From Nitrospirota bacterium (GTDB lineage: Bacteria; Nitrospirota; UBA9217), in assembly GCA_963790205.1 (NCBI GenBank), contig CAWBNQ010000014.1, positions 96,001 through 160,000 of the forward strand: a stretch of DNA of 64,000 bases, read 5' to 3'. The position numbers and the translations under genes were made by a program. The notes beneath the pieces are model-generated. The model was given only the letters and a program-made list of their open reading frames with translations, did no database searches and was not told the DNA's origin. Shown piece after piece: positions 43,005-52,808 of this stretch (position 1 is the stretch's first letter; every line of letters starts with the position of its first letter).

Positions 43005-43306
43005 GGCGTTGCCGGACTGACACTGAGAAGTGTTAAACGTATCTTTAACTTTCGTTGAGGGCCTTAAGCTCCACAACCCGGCGTGATCCGGAAACGGCAA
43101 ACGGCAGTCCGTGAGGATTGTTAAAGTGCCGGTTTGCAGGTCACCAAAGATTGGAAAGCGGAAAGCCCCTGAGGCCGAAGGAGAATTTGGCGAAGGAAAC
43201 GAACCACCTCAGGATTTGCGAGAGCTGATCCCAGAAGTGATCGTGGATCTTACCGAATATCCCGAGGTTCAACGGAATGATTAAGATGCGGGTCCAAAGC
43301 AGCGCC
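43005..43306 (+). ncRNA. Candidate large structured noncoding RNA, family not recognised
   Basis: No ORF in the track; 5'/3' ends pair (GGCGTTGC/GCAGCGCC, GGACT/GGTCC, CGTATCTT/AAGATGCG, TTTCGTTGA/TCAACGGAA); several GNRA-capped hairpins; flanked by promoter and terminator. Confidence 0.72.
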
Positions 43307-43321
43307 GTATTTATTGTTAAA

Positions 43322-43365
43322 AACGAAAGCCGGCAGGGGACGAATCCCTGCCGGCTTTTTTCGTT
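43322..43365 (+). terminator. Strong rho-independent terminator (possibly bidirectional)
   Basis: AAAGCCGGCAGGG-GACGAAT-CCCTGCCGGCTTTTTT. Confidence 0.9.
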
Positions 43366-43466
43366 CCCTCATCAAGGAAACCCTTCGCATCGTTATGCTA
43401 GAGGATAAAAAACGCCGCTCATGTTCAGTAAGCGGCGTCCCTGTTGCTCCTTGAGCATCAGCGTGA

Positions 43467-43865
43467 TTATGATTTCTTCTGTCCGGTCTGGGAGGCCTTC
43501 AATGCCGCCAGGTACTTGCGCTTGTTTTCGAGGACCTCGGATTTCAATACCGACGCGTCCCTGTTCACCAGGCGCTCGACCGGGCGGTTGTTCATGAAAT
43601 GCTCGCGAACGATCTCGGGCACATCGGTCTTCTGCACTCCCGAGTACCACACGCCGTCCGGATAGACAACCATGTTCGGACCGCGTTCGCAGAGACCGAG
43701 CGAGCCCGATGCGGTCACGTGGATCTCGTCGGCAAGGCCGGTTTTGCCGAGTTCGGCGCGGAGCGCTTCGAGGACTTCCTTGCTCCCCTGGTTGGTGCAG
43801 CTCGGGGCTTTCGGGTCCGGCTTCTCCTGCGTACAGAGGTAGACATGATAACGGAACGGTTCCAT
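43467..43865 (-). CDS. Thioredoxin-like (2Fe-2S) ferredoxin
   Basis: HVYLC...SC...GSLGLCERGPNMVVYPDGVWY...EIVREH; one usual Cys appears as Ser. Confidence 0.85.
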   Translation of the reverse strand: MEPFRYHVYLCTQEKPDPKAPSCTNQGSKEVLEALRAELGKTGLADEIHVTASGSLGLCERGPNMVVYPDGVWYSGVQKTDVPEIVREHFMNNRPVERLVNRDASVLKSEVLENKRKYLAALKASQTGQKKS

Positions 43866-44109
43866 TGTGCTCCTCCTCGAAATAAGAATTATTCCACGCA
43901 AAACAGTAGCACAAACAACTGAAAAAGACAATTGGCGGATGGAACGGTAAGCACCATTGCGCCGGACCGTGAACAGGTCCCCGGTTGAAAGGGAATGCGT
44001 TTGATACACCTGCAAACGTGCGCGTTGGCTGAAGCGGGACAACTATCGATTACCTATTGAAAGGTACGGGGAAGGACTCACCGCTGATTTCACCGGTTGA
44101 TTTCGGTCA

Positions 44110-45228
44110 CTATGTCCGCTTCCCGGTCTCAGGCCGGTGAATATTCAGAAACCATCGGTCAAGCAATACACGCCGGGAAAACCATCTGCTTTTCATGAGC
44201 CTGCGGCTCATGAAACGTCTCGCCGCCTGAGGCAGTATCGAAGGAGTCGTATCGCCTTTGCCGAAACGCTCTGCTAACAGGAGCGGATATCGTAAAAGAC
44301 TGTTGCGTTGATAATCCCCGGCAGCGGAAAGGATGACATCTGTCGCCGTCAAGGCGGACTCTACTGCCGGCTGGATTCCCTCGCCGCTTTTAGGATATGC
44401 CAGGCCGGCTGAATCCCCGATGAGCATCACACCGTCATCAACCAGGGTTTGGGATGCGCCTTTGTACAGCATATAGGCATGACCCCTGAAGTTGCGGGGG
44501 GTATTCACCGGGATTCTCTTCCTCTCTTTCAGATAATCAAAGAATGATCTCACCTGCTCCGCAACGTCAGCGCTGTCTTCACGACCCAGCCCTATATTGA
44601 GAAAATTCCCTTTTCGAAAACACCATCCATACCCCTTCAGGTCCTCGCAAAAGAAAAGCTCGGGAGTGTCTCCCGCCACTTGGCAATCGCGCTGCTCCGA
44701 CTCATCCATCTCAAATTCCACTTCCTGGGCGATCACCGCCGGTGCGTTTCGCTCCCGGTTCCCCCTGAGGAGCCTTGAAACGGGACAGAAATGGCCTCCA
44801 GCGCCGATCACCAACGGGGTCTTCACGTCATCATTGACGATCCAGGCGCCTTTTTCCCGCTCCATGGTCTTGAGGGGTTCTCCAAGCCGCAGACGCGCGC
44901 CGCTGCGCTGAAGAAGGTAGTTGTCGAATTCAGAGCGGCGGATGCCGTAGCTGACCGTGCTTTCGTACCGTGTAACGACCTCCGCCCCCCCGATCATGCT
45001 GGTCTTAAATCCGCTGATGTATTGCAGCACCCGTTCCCGGGAATATTCGTCCTTGTCCAACTGCAGGAGGCCTGTGGTTGTAGGCGTGATCCAGCCGGCG
45101 CAGACCTTGTCCCGCGGGAACGTACTTCTATCGAGGACCAATACGTCCAGGCCGCGGTTTCTCAGCTTCCAGGCGAGCGTGGAGCCCGCGGGGCCGCCGC
45201 CGACGATGAGAACGTCACACGAGTCCAT
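44110..45228 (-). CDS. FAD-dependent oxidoreductase, geranylgeranyl reductase family
   Basis: VGGGPAGS, FPRDKVCAG, GYGWCF, GDSAGL...SGEGI. Confidence 0.9.
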   Translation of the reverse strand: MDSCDVLIVGGGPAGSTLAWKLRNRGLDVLVLDRSTFPRDKVCAGWITPTTTGLLQLDKDEYSRERVLQYISGFKTSMIGGAEVVTRYESTVSYGIRRSEFDNYLLQRSGARLRLGEPLKTMEREKGAWIVNDDVKTPLVIGAGGHFCPVSRLLRGNRERNAPAVIAQEVEFEMDESEQRDCQVAGDTPELFFCEDLKGYGWCFRKGNFLNIGLGREDSADVAEQVRSFFDYLKERKRIPVNTPRNFRGHAYMLYKGASQTLVDDGVMLIGDSAGLAYPKSGEGIQPAVESALTATDVILSAAGDYQRNSLLRYPLLLAERFGKGDTTPSILPQAARRFMSRRLMKSRWFSRRVLLDRWFLNIHRPETGKRT

Positions 45229-45238
45229 GTTCCCTCCT

Positions 45239-46489
45239 TCAGCTACGCGCCTCTGTATACAGATGGGCCCTTGTCCAGGGAAGATCGTTGTTGTCCGGAT
45301 GTGCAAAGACCACCTGGAAGAGCTGGAGATTGCCGGCAGTAAAGGACGCAACGGACCCGGCAAGATACAGCCGCCACAAGCGCAGAAACTTCTGATCGAA
45401 CATCGTGCCTATTCGGTCCCTCGAATGTTCGAATCTCTCGAGCCAGTGCTCCAGCGTTTTCGCATAATGCAGCCGAAGGTTTTCAACATCGAGGATGGAA
45501 AGCCCGGAAGGCTCGAATATCTCCATCATCTCCCGCAGAGTAGGCGGGTAGGCGCCGGGAAATATGCGCTGTTCGATCCAGGGGTTCATCGGCTCCGCCC
45601 TGTTTCGTCCTATGGAGTGTATGAGCCCTCTCCCGTTCTCCGTCAAAGAGCGTCGTATGACCTGGCCGAGCTCTCGGTAATACCGGGCGCCCACGTGTTC
45701 CAGCATCCCGATGGACACGAAGACGTTGAATCTGCCCGACATGTTCCGGTAATCATCCTCGATATATTCCACCACGTTGCCCAGCCCTTCCGCTTTCGCT
45801 TGTTCACGGGCGCTGATCACCTGCTGATGAGAAATATTATAGGCTTTTACCCTGACCCCGTAATGCCTGGCCATGTGGAGCGCCAGGGTCCCCCATCCGC
45901 ACCCCGCTTCCACAACCGTTTCCCCGGGCCTGAGCCTCAGCTTTTTGCACACATGGTCCATCTTGGCGATCTGGGCCTCTTCCAGCGTAGCAGCGGGCGC
46001 CGGGAAATAGGCGCACGTATACTGCATTCGTTCATCAAGCCAAAGCCGGTAAAAATCGTTGCCGATATCGTAGTGATCATGGATGTTGTCTCTCGATCCG
46101 CTCAACGTGTTCAACCGGGGCCGGCTGATGATCTTTGTTCTGTAGGCGTCGACCAGACCTCCTCTGGTTGCCGTCAACATGCTCTTGAATATGGAATCCA
46201 GGACCTCGACCAGATCCCCTTCTACATCGATGTTCCCCTCGCTGTAAGCGTCGCCGAAGTAAAGTTCGGGATGGACAAGAAATCGCAGCAGTGTTTGTCG
46301 ATCGCGGAAAATAATCGTGCCGACAGATTTCCCCTTTGCCGAATAGATCTTGCCGCCGTTCCTCATAACCATGGTGACAGGAGGGTCGCCCAAGTGCGCC
46401 ATCTCTCTGCGGAGAAGCCACTTCTCAATTTCGAATAGTCCGTCAAACCCGAAGATGCCGAGGTCTTTGGCTTTAACTGATTCGTCCAT
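45239..46489 (-). CDS. cfa: Cyclopropane-fatty-acyl-phospholipid synthase family methyltransferase
   Basis: HYDIGNDFY, YTCAYF, EAGCGWG, SIGMLEHVG, IFPG, HYAKTL. Confidence 0.9.
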   Translation of the reverse strand: MDESVKAKDLGIFGFDGLFEIEKWLLRREMAHLGDPPVTMVMRNGGKIYSAKGKSVGTIIFRDRQTLLRFLVHPELYFGDAYSEGNIDVEGDLVEVLDSIFKSMLTATRGGLVDAYRTKIISRPRLNTLSGSRDNIHDHYDIGNDFYRLWLDERMQYTCAYFPAPAATLEEAQIAKMDHVCKKLRLRPGETVVEAGCGWGTLALHMARHYGVRVKAYNISHQQVISAREQAKAEGLGNVVEYIEDDYRNMSGRFNVFVSIGMLEHVGARYYRELGQVIRRSLTENGRGLIHSIGRNRAEPMNPWIEQRIFPGAYPPTLREMMEIFEPSGLSILDVENLRLHYAKTLEHWLERFEHSRDRIGTMFDQKFLRLWRLYLAGSVASFTAGNLQLFQVVFAHPDNNDLPWTRAHLYTEARS

Positions 46490-46749
46490 TTTTCTCTCCC
46501 TCATGTAAAGCGTCAGAAGTTTCAATGTAACTTAGTGCATTTTTGGGAGTACCTCACTTCATTACTATAAATATAATAGGTATTTAAGCCTTGTCAACCC
46601 CGCACCCCTCATAAATACGGCATTCCCAAAGCGACCTGGTATAATCACAGAGTAGCACTATCTATCTATGCGTTTTTTGCCTCTTCATCGTATGGGGTAA
46701 GTTACCCGGTCGAGCAAAAGCTATCCTCAGGAAGAACGTCAGGGAAAAG

Positions 46750-47925
46750 ATGGAACAAAACGCTTCCAAGACTCTGGTCCGGAATGTCATGTTTGAATTT
46801 GCCGATCTTACCGGGCTGGTATCAACACGGGTAGCGCCGCGGCGCTACTTATGGACCGACGCGTTTGCCGTCTGCAACTTCCTGGAGCTTTTTCGTCAAA
46901 CGAATGATGAGCAATACAAGCAGCTCGCCCTGCGGCTCGTCGATCAGGTCCATCACATACTCGGACGACACCGTGACGATGACCCGCGAACCGGATGGAT
47001 CAGCGCTCTCGATGAAAGAGAAGGCGCACTACACCCCACACGGGGCGGGTTACGGATCGGCAAGAGGATGAACGAACGCAGACCCGATGAACCTTATGAC
47101 GAACAACGGGAATGGGACCAGGACGGACAGTACTATCATTACCTCACGAAATGGATGCACGCTCTTAGCCGGGTGAGCCGGGTCACGGGAGATCCGACCT
47201 ACAACAGGTGGGCGATCGAGCTTGCGAAAACGGCGCATGCCGGGTTTACCTACGCTCCGTCCCCCGGCGGCCGAAAACGCATGTACTGGAAGATGAGCAT
47301 TGACCTCTCCTATCCGCTCGTAGCATCGATGGGACATCACGATCCTCTCGACGGACTCATCACGTACCTCCACCTGCAGGCGACCGCGTCAAAAGCCTCC
47401 GATAAATCGGCACGGTTCGACCTCAGCGCAGAGATTACGGACATGGCCGCTATGTGTGAAGGAAAAAGATGGGAAACAGACGACCCCCTTGGCCTTGGCG
47501 AGCTCTTGAGTACCGCATACAAACTGGCTCAATTGATACTCATCGAAGGTCTTGTGCAGACCGACCTTCTGGATGCTCTCTTGAGTTCATCCCTGGTTAG
47601 TTTACAGGCCTCTGCGGGCAGGGACCTCTTGAAGCTTCCTGCCCGATACCGGCTTGCATTCCGGGAGTTGGGATTGTCTATCGGATTGCACGCGATCGAG
47701 AGGTTGCAAGGACTGATCAAACAAACTCCAGGCGATTTCAACGGGAAACCTCGTCTGCTTTCGCGGACCGAAAGCCTGATGCAGTATACACCTCTCAGTG
47801 ACAGTATCAAGACGTATTGGCTTGACCCCTCCAACAGACAAGCGAGCGAATGGATGGCGCATCGTGATATCAATATGGTCATGCTGGCAACCAGTCTGGC
47901 CCCCGAGGGGTATCTCTCCCTGTGA
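46750..47925 (+). CDS. Conserved hypothetical protein, probable alpha/alpha-barrel (six-hairpin glycosidase-like)
   Basis: RYLWTDAFAV, DGQYYHYLTKWM, HRDINMVMLATSL; 391-aa ORF. Confidence 0.75.
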   Translation: MEQNASKTLVRNVMFEFADLTGLVSTRVAPRRYLWTDAFAVCNFLELFRQTNDEQYKQLALRLVDQVHHILGRHRDDDPRTGWISALDEREGALHPTRGGLRIGKRMNERRPDEPYDEQREWDQDGQYYHYLTKWMHALSRVSRVTGDPTYNRWAIELAKTAHAGFTYAPSPGGRKRMYWKMSIDLSYPLVASMGHHDPLDGLITYLHLQATASKASDKSARFDLSAEITDMAAMCEGKRWETDDPLGLGELLSTAYKLAQLILIEGLVQTDLLDALLSSSLVSLQASAGRDLLKLPARYRLAFRELGLSIGLHAIERLQGLIKQTPGDFNGKPRLLSRTESLMQYTPLSDSIKTYWLDPSNRQASEWMAHRDINMVMLATSLAPEGYLSL

Positions 47926-47970
47926 TATGACAGTGGAGCCGCAGGCGACCAGCCGCGACCGGAGAACACG

Positions 47971-49149
47971 ATGATCACCGTCAAGGACATAGAGCAGGCG
48001 CAGAAGAACATCGGACAGTTTATCCACCGGACCCCGCTCATCCCCTCGAATTCCTTGAGCTTCCTCTCGGGCGCCGGCGTGTACCTGAAGCTGGAGAACC
48101 TGCAGAAAACGGGCTCCTTCAAGGTGCGGGGCGCGTTCAACAAGCTCGTCAAGGTGAAGGACCAACGCGTGATCGCCGCGTCCATGGGGAACCATGCCCA
48201 GGCCGTGGCCTATGCGGCCGCCAAGCTCGGCAAACACGCCGTGATCGTGATGCCCGAGACCGCGTCCCTGGTCAAGCAGGAGGCGACGAAGGGATACGGC
48301 GCCGAGGTCGTGCTTTGCGGCGAGCACTTCAGCGACGCCCTGGACCATGCCCACGGCAGGAAGGACGCCCTGTTCATCCATCCCTTTGATGACGACGACG
48401 TGATCGCCGGCCAGGGCACGGTCGGCCTGGAGATCGGAGAGGAACTCCGCGGGATCGACGTTGTCCTGGTCCCCGTCGGAGGCGGCGGGCTCCTTGCGGG
48501 AACTGCCGCGGCCGTCAAGGCGCTCTCTCCGTCGACGAAGATCATCGGCGTTCAGGCGGCATCAGCAGTCTCGGCCTGCGTTTCCTTTGGAGAGCACAAG
48601 GTCTGCGAGCGGGTCCCCGGACCGACCATCGCCGACGGTATCGCAGTGGGCAGGGTGGGCGAGCGGACCCTTGCGCTCATGGCTGCCCACGTGGACGCCA
48701 TGCTCTTCGTGGACGAGGACGCCATCGCCCGCGCGGTCCTGCTGTTCCTGGAGCGGAAGAAGCTCGTTGTCGAGGGCGCCGGGGCCGTGCCCCTGGCAGC
48801 GCTCCTGGAGAACGCGGACCGCTTTCGCGGCAAACGGGTCGTCCTGGTGGTGAGCGGCGGGAACATCGACTTCACGCTCGTGGACCGGATCATCCTGAAA
48901 GGCCTGGTGACCTCCCATCGCATCGGCGTGTTCTCGGTGGTCCTCGACGACGTGGCCGGGAGCCTCCACGCGGTCACCGGGGTCCTCGGAGCGCAGAAGG
49001 CGAACATCCTCGACGTGGCCCATGTCCGGCTGGACCGCGACGTGCCCATCGGCAGGACCAAGGTGGTCTTCACCGTCGAAGTACGCGGGAAGGACCATCT
49101 CGCCGGGGTCTTCACAGCGCTTCGGGACAAAGGGTACAAAGTCGATTGA
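47971..49149 (+). CDS. ilvA: Threonine ammonia-lyase with C-terminal ACT domain
   Basis: KLENLQKTGSFKVRGA, SMGNHAQ, VGGGGL, SGGNID. Confidence 0.92.
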   Translation: MITVKDIEQAQKNIGQFIHRTPLIPSNSLSFLSGAGVYLKLENLQKTGSFKVRGAFNKLVKVKDQRVIAASMGNHAQAVAYAAAKLGKHAVIVMPETASLVKQEATKGYGAEVVLCGEHFSDALDHAHGRKDALFIHPFDDDDVIAGQGTVGLEIGEELRGIDVVLVPVGGGGLLAGTAAAVKALSPSTKIIGVQAASAVSACVSFGEHKVCERVPGPTIADGIAVGRVGERTLALMAAHVDAMLFVDEDAIARAVLLFLERKKLVVEGAGAVPLAALLENADRFRGKRVVLVVSGGNIDFTLVDRIILKGLVTSHRIGVFSVVLDDVAGSLHAVTGVLGAQKANILDVAHVRLDRDVPIGRTKVVFTVEVRGKDHLAGVFTALRDKGYKVD

Positions 49150-49192
49150 GTATGAGAGCGTTCATTTGTGGACGTTTTTCCCGAAGGCCGCG

Positions 49193-49936
49193 TTAATACA
49201 GTTTACGGCATGGTGTCCCCGCTTTTTCGAACGCGGCTCTTAATTCCTCGCCTTTCTCAAGAAAGAAATCCTCATCCAGCGCCCATGTCATTCCGTGTTT
49301 CTTATATGCCCAATCGGCATAATGGTAATTGTACCGGTCGATCAGAACATGGTCCACCCTGCCCTTGAGCATGTCCACAAGCCCCTCGGCATGGGGAAGC
49401 AGGGGCGCGATCATGACAAAGGTCGGGATCCCCTCTGCATGAAGAATTCCCAATGCCTCGACCCGCGCAGCGGCAGGCGGAGCGCCCGGTTCGAATATCC
49501 TCCGCACCTTCTCATCGGCAGTGGTTATGGTGAATCCGACCTCAACGTTCGTTGATCTCTTCAGGATCGCAAGGTCCCGCAGGACCAGGGGAGATTTTGT
49601 CTGGATCGTGATTGGCCACCCTTGTTCAACGAGGATTTCGAGGCACCTCCTGGTGAGCAAATACTTTTTTTCCAGGGGTTGATATGCATCGCACACCCCG
49701 CTTATCCAGACCCGTCCCTTCTTCTTTTTCTTCACCTCCCGGGCCAGGAGTTCGGCAGCGTTTATTTTTACATCGACGAACGCTCCCCACGGCTCCCGGT
49801 GCCCGGTAAATCTCTTCATGAACTTTGCGTAGCAGTAGACGCAGCCATGCTGGCATCCCACATAGGCATTCAAGGCAAAGTCATAGATCTGAGATTTCGA
49901 GAGGATGGCCTTTGCTTCGATCTCTTTGACGATCAT
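49193..49936 (-). CDS. Radical SAM protein (SplB-like/Rv2578c-type)
   Basis: YVGCQHGCVYCYA CxxxCxxC, DAYQPLE, QTKS.LV.RD, FEPGAP. Confidence 0.88.
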   Translation of the reverse strand: MIVKEIEAKAILSKSQIYDFALNAYVGCQHGCVYCYAKFMKRFTGHREPWGAFVDVKINAAELLAREVKKKKKGRVWISGVCDAYQPLEKKYLLTRRCLEILVEQGWPITIQTKSPLVLRDLAILKRSTNVEVGFTITTADEKVRRIFEPGAPPAAARVEALGILHAEGIPTFVMIAPLLPHAEGLVDMLKGRVDHVLIDRYNYHYADWAYKKHGMTWALDEDFFLEKGEELRAAFEKAGTPCRKLY

Positions 49937-50081
49937 GGCTTATTATACAGCAGGAGCACGAGGGGGGGAAAGGTCAAATCAAGTAAATGAAACTTAAACC
50001 CGATGACCCGTTGCTCCTCCCGCCTGAAAAGAAGGATACAGTCCATGCTTTCCATGATATACTGCCCGACAAGGTTGCGAT

Positions 50082-50566
50082 ATGGAGAAGATCAGCAAGA
50101 CCCGGAAGAAAGAGCAGGCCTTGTCCGCCCAGGATCTGAGAGAAAACTCGTAAAATTGCCCGGGGAGCAGCCCGGGAAGATCGCGCTTCCCGAAGAGGTT
50201 ATAAGCGCCGTTACTCAGGCGAAAACGATCAAGAAACACGGGGCACGCAAGAGGCAGATGCAGTATATCGGCGTCTTGATGCGCAAAATCGATGCAACGC
50301 CGATTCAGGAAGCCATACAGAACCTGGAAGAGGGTCACCGCAGGCAGGCTGAACTGCACAAGCAAGTGGAGCACTGGAGGGATGAACTGGTACGCGGGAA
50401 CGATGCATTGATCGGGGAGATTGTGCGTGCCTTGCCCGATGCCGGGAAGGAGCAATTAACGGATCTCGTCAAGAAGGCCAGGGAAGAGCTGAGAAAAACG
50501 AAGCCTTTTCCCGCCCCGGCCCGCGCTTTGTTTCGGTATCTTCATAAATCTGATCAACGGCCATAG
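50082..50566 (+). pseudogene. yjgA: Ribosome-associated YjgA/DarP homologue with a 1-bp frameshift
   Basis: MEKISKTRKKEQALSAQDL | KLVKL...ARKRQMQYIGVLMR...EHWRDEL...RALFRYL; one extra A in the run near 50143-50146 restores the frame. Confidence 0.8.
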
Positions 50567-50712
50567 TCGATCGACTATCGACTGTTTCGTCTCCCTGCAC
50601 ACCGTCGCTTTTAAGCCGTTTTTTCAGTCCTGCTTTCCAGATCCATCGGTGATTTTCTAGAGAAAAAGAGAAAATCAAATATTAAAGACCTTACCCTAGA
50701 GATGCTTCTTAT

Positions 50713-51981
50713 TCACCGCGCGTTTTCCTTGTCATGAGGTTTTCTGGTCAGGAGCCCCGGCAAAAATAACGCCAACAGGGTGTATGTCAGGAACAGGTAA
50801 TACCCCGGCTGCAGCGAAGTGCCGTTCGTCGTTAAGATCTCAAGATCCCGGCTTGCCGAACTTACTTGATCGAGCTGACTGGTAATAATCCCGTTCATTC
50901 CGATATAGGCCATAAATATGGCAACCACCATGACATCGGCCATTGACCATTTCCCGGATTTCAAGACAAAAAACCTGATGAACGGGTTCTCCCGTGAACG
51001 GTGATAATTGTAATAATATCCCAAAGACGAGGCTATTTTGAACAGCGGGAAAAAAATACTGAAGGTAATCAGCAAGACCCCGACAAATTTCATCTGAAGA
51101 TCCTTATAGCTGATCAAAACCCTGAATACATCCAGAACGCTTTTGCTCCGGAAATACAAGACCTGGTCCTCAAAATGGACGGGATGCCCCATCAACTCAA
51201 AACTCATGTGTGAGACTTTTGCTTCCAGATCGATCATGGGCGTGGTTACGCCGGCTGTCAGCAACAGGACCAGGGACAGGATGATGAGTGCAAAACGGGC
51301 GGGGGTCAGGGGTCGCCTGCTGAAACCGGACAACGCAAAAAGGACGACCTGCAGAAGGATCAACAGGATGGCCTCTTTCCGTATCATGTCCTGCCCGGCC
51401 GAAATTTCCTTATTGAGTCTGGTCCTCGCGCTTTCGATATCCTTGGAACCGGTCCGAAGAAGAATGCGGCCCAGTTGGGATGCGTTCCGGGTATCAACGG
51501 TTTGGTCCAAATAGTGTTTAAGCCATTTCTTCAGCATGGCCTTTATCTGGCCGCTTGTTTTCGATTTCGTCAGCTCATGCATGACGGCATCCGTATATTC
51601 AGGAATGTCTTTTTTTAAATCTTCCGGGTTGATAAAAATATCTATAAGCGATTGTTTGAGCCCACCCCCTTCCCTCATTTTCTGTTCGACTTTATCAATA
51701 AGCGTATTCAACAGGACTTCGACATGTTTTCGGATTTCCCGCTCGTCCGTTTTTGACAAATACAGTTTGTCGATCTCCTCGGCAAGAATTACACTTATTT
51801 GTCGTTTCCATTCTTCAACATTAAAAAGACCGTATTTGACATGGTTGAGTTCGGCATAATCATTTTTGTTCTTTTGGTTAAAAATTGAATTTGAAATAAT
51901 TTGCTGGCATAAAATGACCGATGCGATGACGATCATTGAGAATGAAAACAATTTGAGCAGTTTTACAATAGTGGCTTTCAT
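50713..51981 (-). CDS. Paraquat-inducible protein A-like membrane protein
   Basis: FSIFFPLFK, KSGKWSMADVMVVAI, PGYYLF. Confidence 0.8.
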   Translation of the reverse strand: MKATIVKLLKLFSFSMIVIASVILCQQIISNSIFNQKNKNDYAELNHVKYGLFNVEEWKRQISVILAEEIDKLYLSKTDEREIRKHVEVLLNTLIDKVEQKMREGGGLKQSLIDIFINPEDLKKDIPEYTDAVMHELTKSKTSGQIKAMLKKWLKHYLDQTVDTRNASQLGRILLRTGSKDIESARTRLNKEISAGQDMIRKEAILLILLQVVLFALSGFSRRPLTPARFALIILSLVLLLTAGVTTPMIDLEAKVSHMSFELMGHPVHFEDQVLYFRSKSVLDVFRVLISYKDLQMKFVGVLLITFSIFFPLFKIASSLGYYYNYHRSRENPFIRFFVLKSGKWSMADVMVVAIFMAYIGMNGIITSQLDQVSSASRDLEILTTNGTSLQPGYYLFLTYTLLALFLPGLLTRKPHDKENAR

Positions 51982-52101
51982 CGTAGTGGCTTGGGAGGAA
52001 GTTCCGGGCTCACGGCCCGTAGTCGTGTATAAAACTTTTTTCGTACGTACAGCATCCTCGTGCTGTACGTCTGCACCCTTGTGACGGGCAATGCTTACGT
52101 T

Positions 52102-52290
52102 TCAATTATACATCGATAAGAGGTTTGCGGAGAGAAGGGGCGCGTTGGCGCCCTGCAATGCCGCATGGAGAAATCTCCCCGACGGGTCGCTGCTGGCACC
52201 TGTCAGCGCCCCGGTCGTGGCGTTGATCGTATAGACGCAGACATTGTCGGAAAAGAGTTTCGTTGCATAGGCAAACTTCGGCACCGCCTT
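52102..52290 (-). pseudogene. Beta-propeller (lactonase-like) fragment
   Basis: KFAYA...NVCVYTINATTGALT...DPSGRFL repeat-like residues; no intact gene. Confidence 0.5.
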
Positions 52291-52322
52291 CAAGGCCCTG
52301 CTTCCATGGGTCAGGGCCAGCG

Positions 52323-52608
52323 CTATCGGCCCGGGCTGCCCGAGGTCTTGCCTCGGGACCGGTGGCATATGCCTTCGTCGTCTTCTTCCCGTATCCGCTT
52401 GATCAGCCTCCGCATCTGCCGATCTCCAAGACCGATAAGGCCTGCTGCCTCCGCCCAGGTGATCTTTTCGTCTAATGCCTGATGAATGAGGTGAAGGCAT
52501 TTTGCTTCCCTTCTGCTCATCGTGATCATGTCCTTTTCCGCCACAATGCCCTCCCTGTATGGTCAGGCATTATAACTGGGGATAGGACATTATTATTTTG
52601 GGATTACA
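52323..52608 (-). mobile_element. ISNCY-like transposase 5' remnant with terminal repeat
   Basis: ITMSRRE...EAAGLIGLGDRQMRRLIKRIREE...HRSRGK HTH; end sequence TGTAATCCCAAAATAATAATGTCC on the minus strand. Confidence 0.7.
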
Positions 52609-52808
52609 GGAGATATCGTCGGAAAGAGTATGGAGCAGAGGGCAAGAGGATCTTCAATGCGGAATGGCGAATCGGGTCTGCTACGAAGTAAGATAGAATC
52701 TGATATAATCAAACATAAGTACGACAGACAACTGGTAGTCGAGAAGCGGGATGGAACCATGATCTGCAAAAGTAGAGCATTTTGATGCATTTTTGAGGAG
52801 ACACTGTC

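Noticed and set aside
43014..43045. Hammerhead ribozyme core (CUGA...AAAC)
   Set aside because: Lacks the CUGANGA and GAAA consensus in the required arrangement
43095..43145. c-di-GMP-I riboswitch (GGCAAAC...)
   Set aside because: No GCAAAGC/second-stem consensus, and no downstream co-oriented gene to regulate
43266..43296. Group I intron R/S-like words (GTTCAACG...AAGATGCGGGTCC)
   Set aside because: No interrupted host gene, and these bases are better explained by pairing with the 5' end; P7 could not be built convincingly
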